DNA of 64,000 nucleotides from Saccostrea echinata (Eukaryota): NCBI RefSeq assembly GCF_033153115.1, contig NW_026889769.1, positions 2,852,001 to 2,916,000 of the forward strand, read 5' to 3'. Shown piece by piece: positions 62,801 to 64,000 of this stretch (position 1 is its first letter; each line of letters starts with the position of its first letter). The notes under the pieces were generated by a model. It saw only the letters and a program-made list of their open reading frames with translations, ran no database searches and was not told where the DNA came from. The position numbers and the translations under genes were made by a program.

Positions 62801-63090
62801 TTTGTTTGTTAAACGTCCCTTTGGAGAATTTTTCACTCATATTGAAACGCCACCACTTGCCAAACAAGGGATGCAAATTTAGACCTATACTTGGCACTCA
62901 GTGCCATTGACCAGTGAGGGATCTTTTTCGTGCCAGCGCCTACTGCGACACGGGACCTCGGTTTATACGGTCTCATCCGAAGGACCGGTCTCCACGTCCC
63001 GCAGTGGGATTCGAACCCACGACGTAAGGATCAACTCCTTACTCCGCGACTCCAGAGCAAACGCTCTGACCACTGTGCCACGCGGGCGAC
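62801..63090 (-). mobile_element. tRNA-derived SINE with V-type central domain and (AAAC)n tail; 14-bp target-site duplication
   Basis: Minus strand: A box GTGGCACAGTGG, B box GGTTCGAATCC, core CTTCGGATGAGACCGTATAAACCGAGGTCCCG..AAAGATCCC; flanks TGAAACAAAATAAG (62787-62800) and TGAAACAAAGTAAG (63091-63104). Confidence 0.85.
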
Positions 63091-63776
63091 TGAAACAAAG
63101 TAAGAAAATGAAAAATATGAGTTAGAGAGCATATTTTTGAGATTCAAGGCGTCGAGAATTTAGCGTGAAACAAGTCTTCTTGAGTTTTCATAGGCAATGA
63201 ATAAGAAATTTCTAGCTGTGAAAACTTATGATCTGGAATTAAACTTTTCTTTTTTTTTTTTTTTTGTATAAAAGTATCAAAACAAAATAAACAAAATATG
63301 AATATACAATAGGGGGTTAGTGGGCGAAAAATAATATGATTATTTTGATGGATGAAACCAGAGGAATTCTGTAAAAATGGCTGACACCTTAGCATAATCG
63401 GCAGAATACATCTTTTAGGAAAAACTTGTGTCTGCTTTTGGTGTGTACGAGTTGATGGCCGACACTGAATCGCATGCATGATAATTCGCGGTGCCCACAT
63501 GTCCGTTATTCTCCAAAGAATCACGAAAATAGACAATTGTGTCAAACGGGCTCGATTTCAGGACTGGATATTTTGTGTATTGTGTGTTTTAATTCACTGA
63601 TTTAAAAAAAAAAATCGAAAATCGCTGAAATTCGCAGTTTTAATAAAAATAAGTAATAAATGATTACGAAGCTCACCTCGACGAATTTTTTCTTTATATG
63701 TAAGGCAAATCTCGGACCATATTTTATTCTAGTTAGTGTGCGTCCCGAGATCAATGTCCATGCATGTTTGGTTTAA

Positions 63777-64000
63777 GGAGGTTGGATCCTGCCATCAAAA
63801 GTAATGAGAATTTTTTATCAAGTATATTTTTAGAATTTATACACATAGCTTTATTAAAAATCAAAACAAAAAATGGGGGTCAATGCGCTTCTTTTGGCGC
63901 TACAGAGCATTTAGTTTGACCTTTTTGCACTGTAAATACGTCTTACACATAAATCAATTTTTAAAGTTTTGCCTTCAATATTTTTTGTTCAAATAAATTA
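63777..64000 (+). repeat. Left part of a TTAA-flanked DNA transposon (same family as 4392-4690), truncated by the window end
   Basis: TTAA|GGAGGTTGGATCCTGCC; collinear similarity to 4392-4620. Confidence 0.6.

Noticed and set aside
63144-63545. 133-aa minus-strand ORF
   Set aside because: Runs through a poly-A tract and repeat-like DNA, with no protein motif.

Overview
AT-rich, intron-containing animal genomic DNA, most likely a bivalve (oyster-like). That assignment is inferred from the repeat types: Helentron/HINE elements carrying ~140-167 bp satellite units, a V-domain SINE, and frequent TACATGTA. Hand-spliced gene models on the + strand: RHNO1 (2 coding exons), ADI1 (4 exons), VPS51 (20 exons), TMEM30A/CDC50A (8 exons plus candidate alternative last exons), a ZDHHC22/24-like palmitoyltransferase (2 coding exons) and a single-exon class A orphan GPCR. 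The best hunt result is missing from the ORF track: a two-coding-exon minus-strand gene (58881-59324) encoding an 82-aa prepropeptide. It has a signal peptide, a pro-region ending in KR, and a 39-aa six-cysteine PLAC/ShK-like mature peptide, and it lies head-to-head with the atypical GPCR. Second, ADI1 intron 1 holds tandem miniature LTR retrotransposons (TRIMs) whose LTRs contain a tRNA-derived Pol III unit, with a tRNA-His primer-binding site and a polypurine tract. Introns and intergenic DNA are rich in MITEs, nested insertions and near-perfect hairpins. All calls come from reading the sequence by eye; no database search was run.
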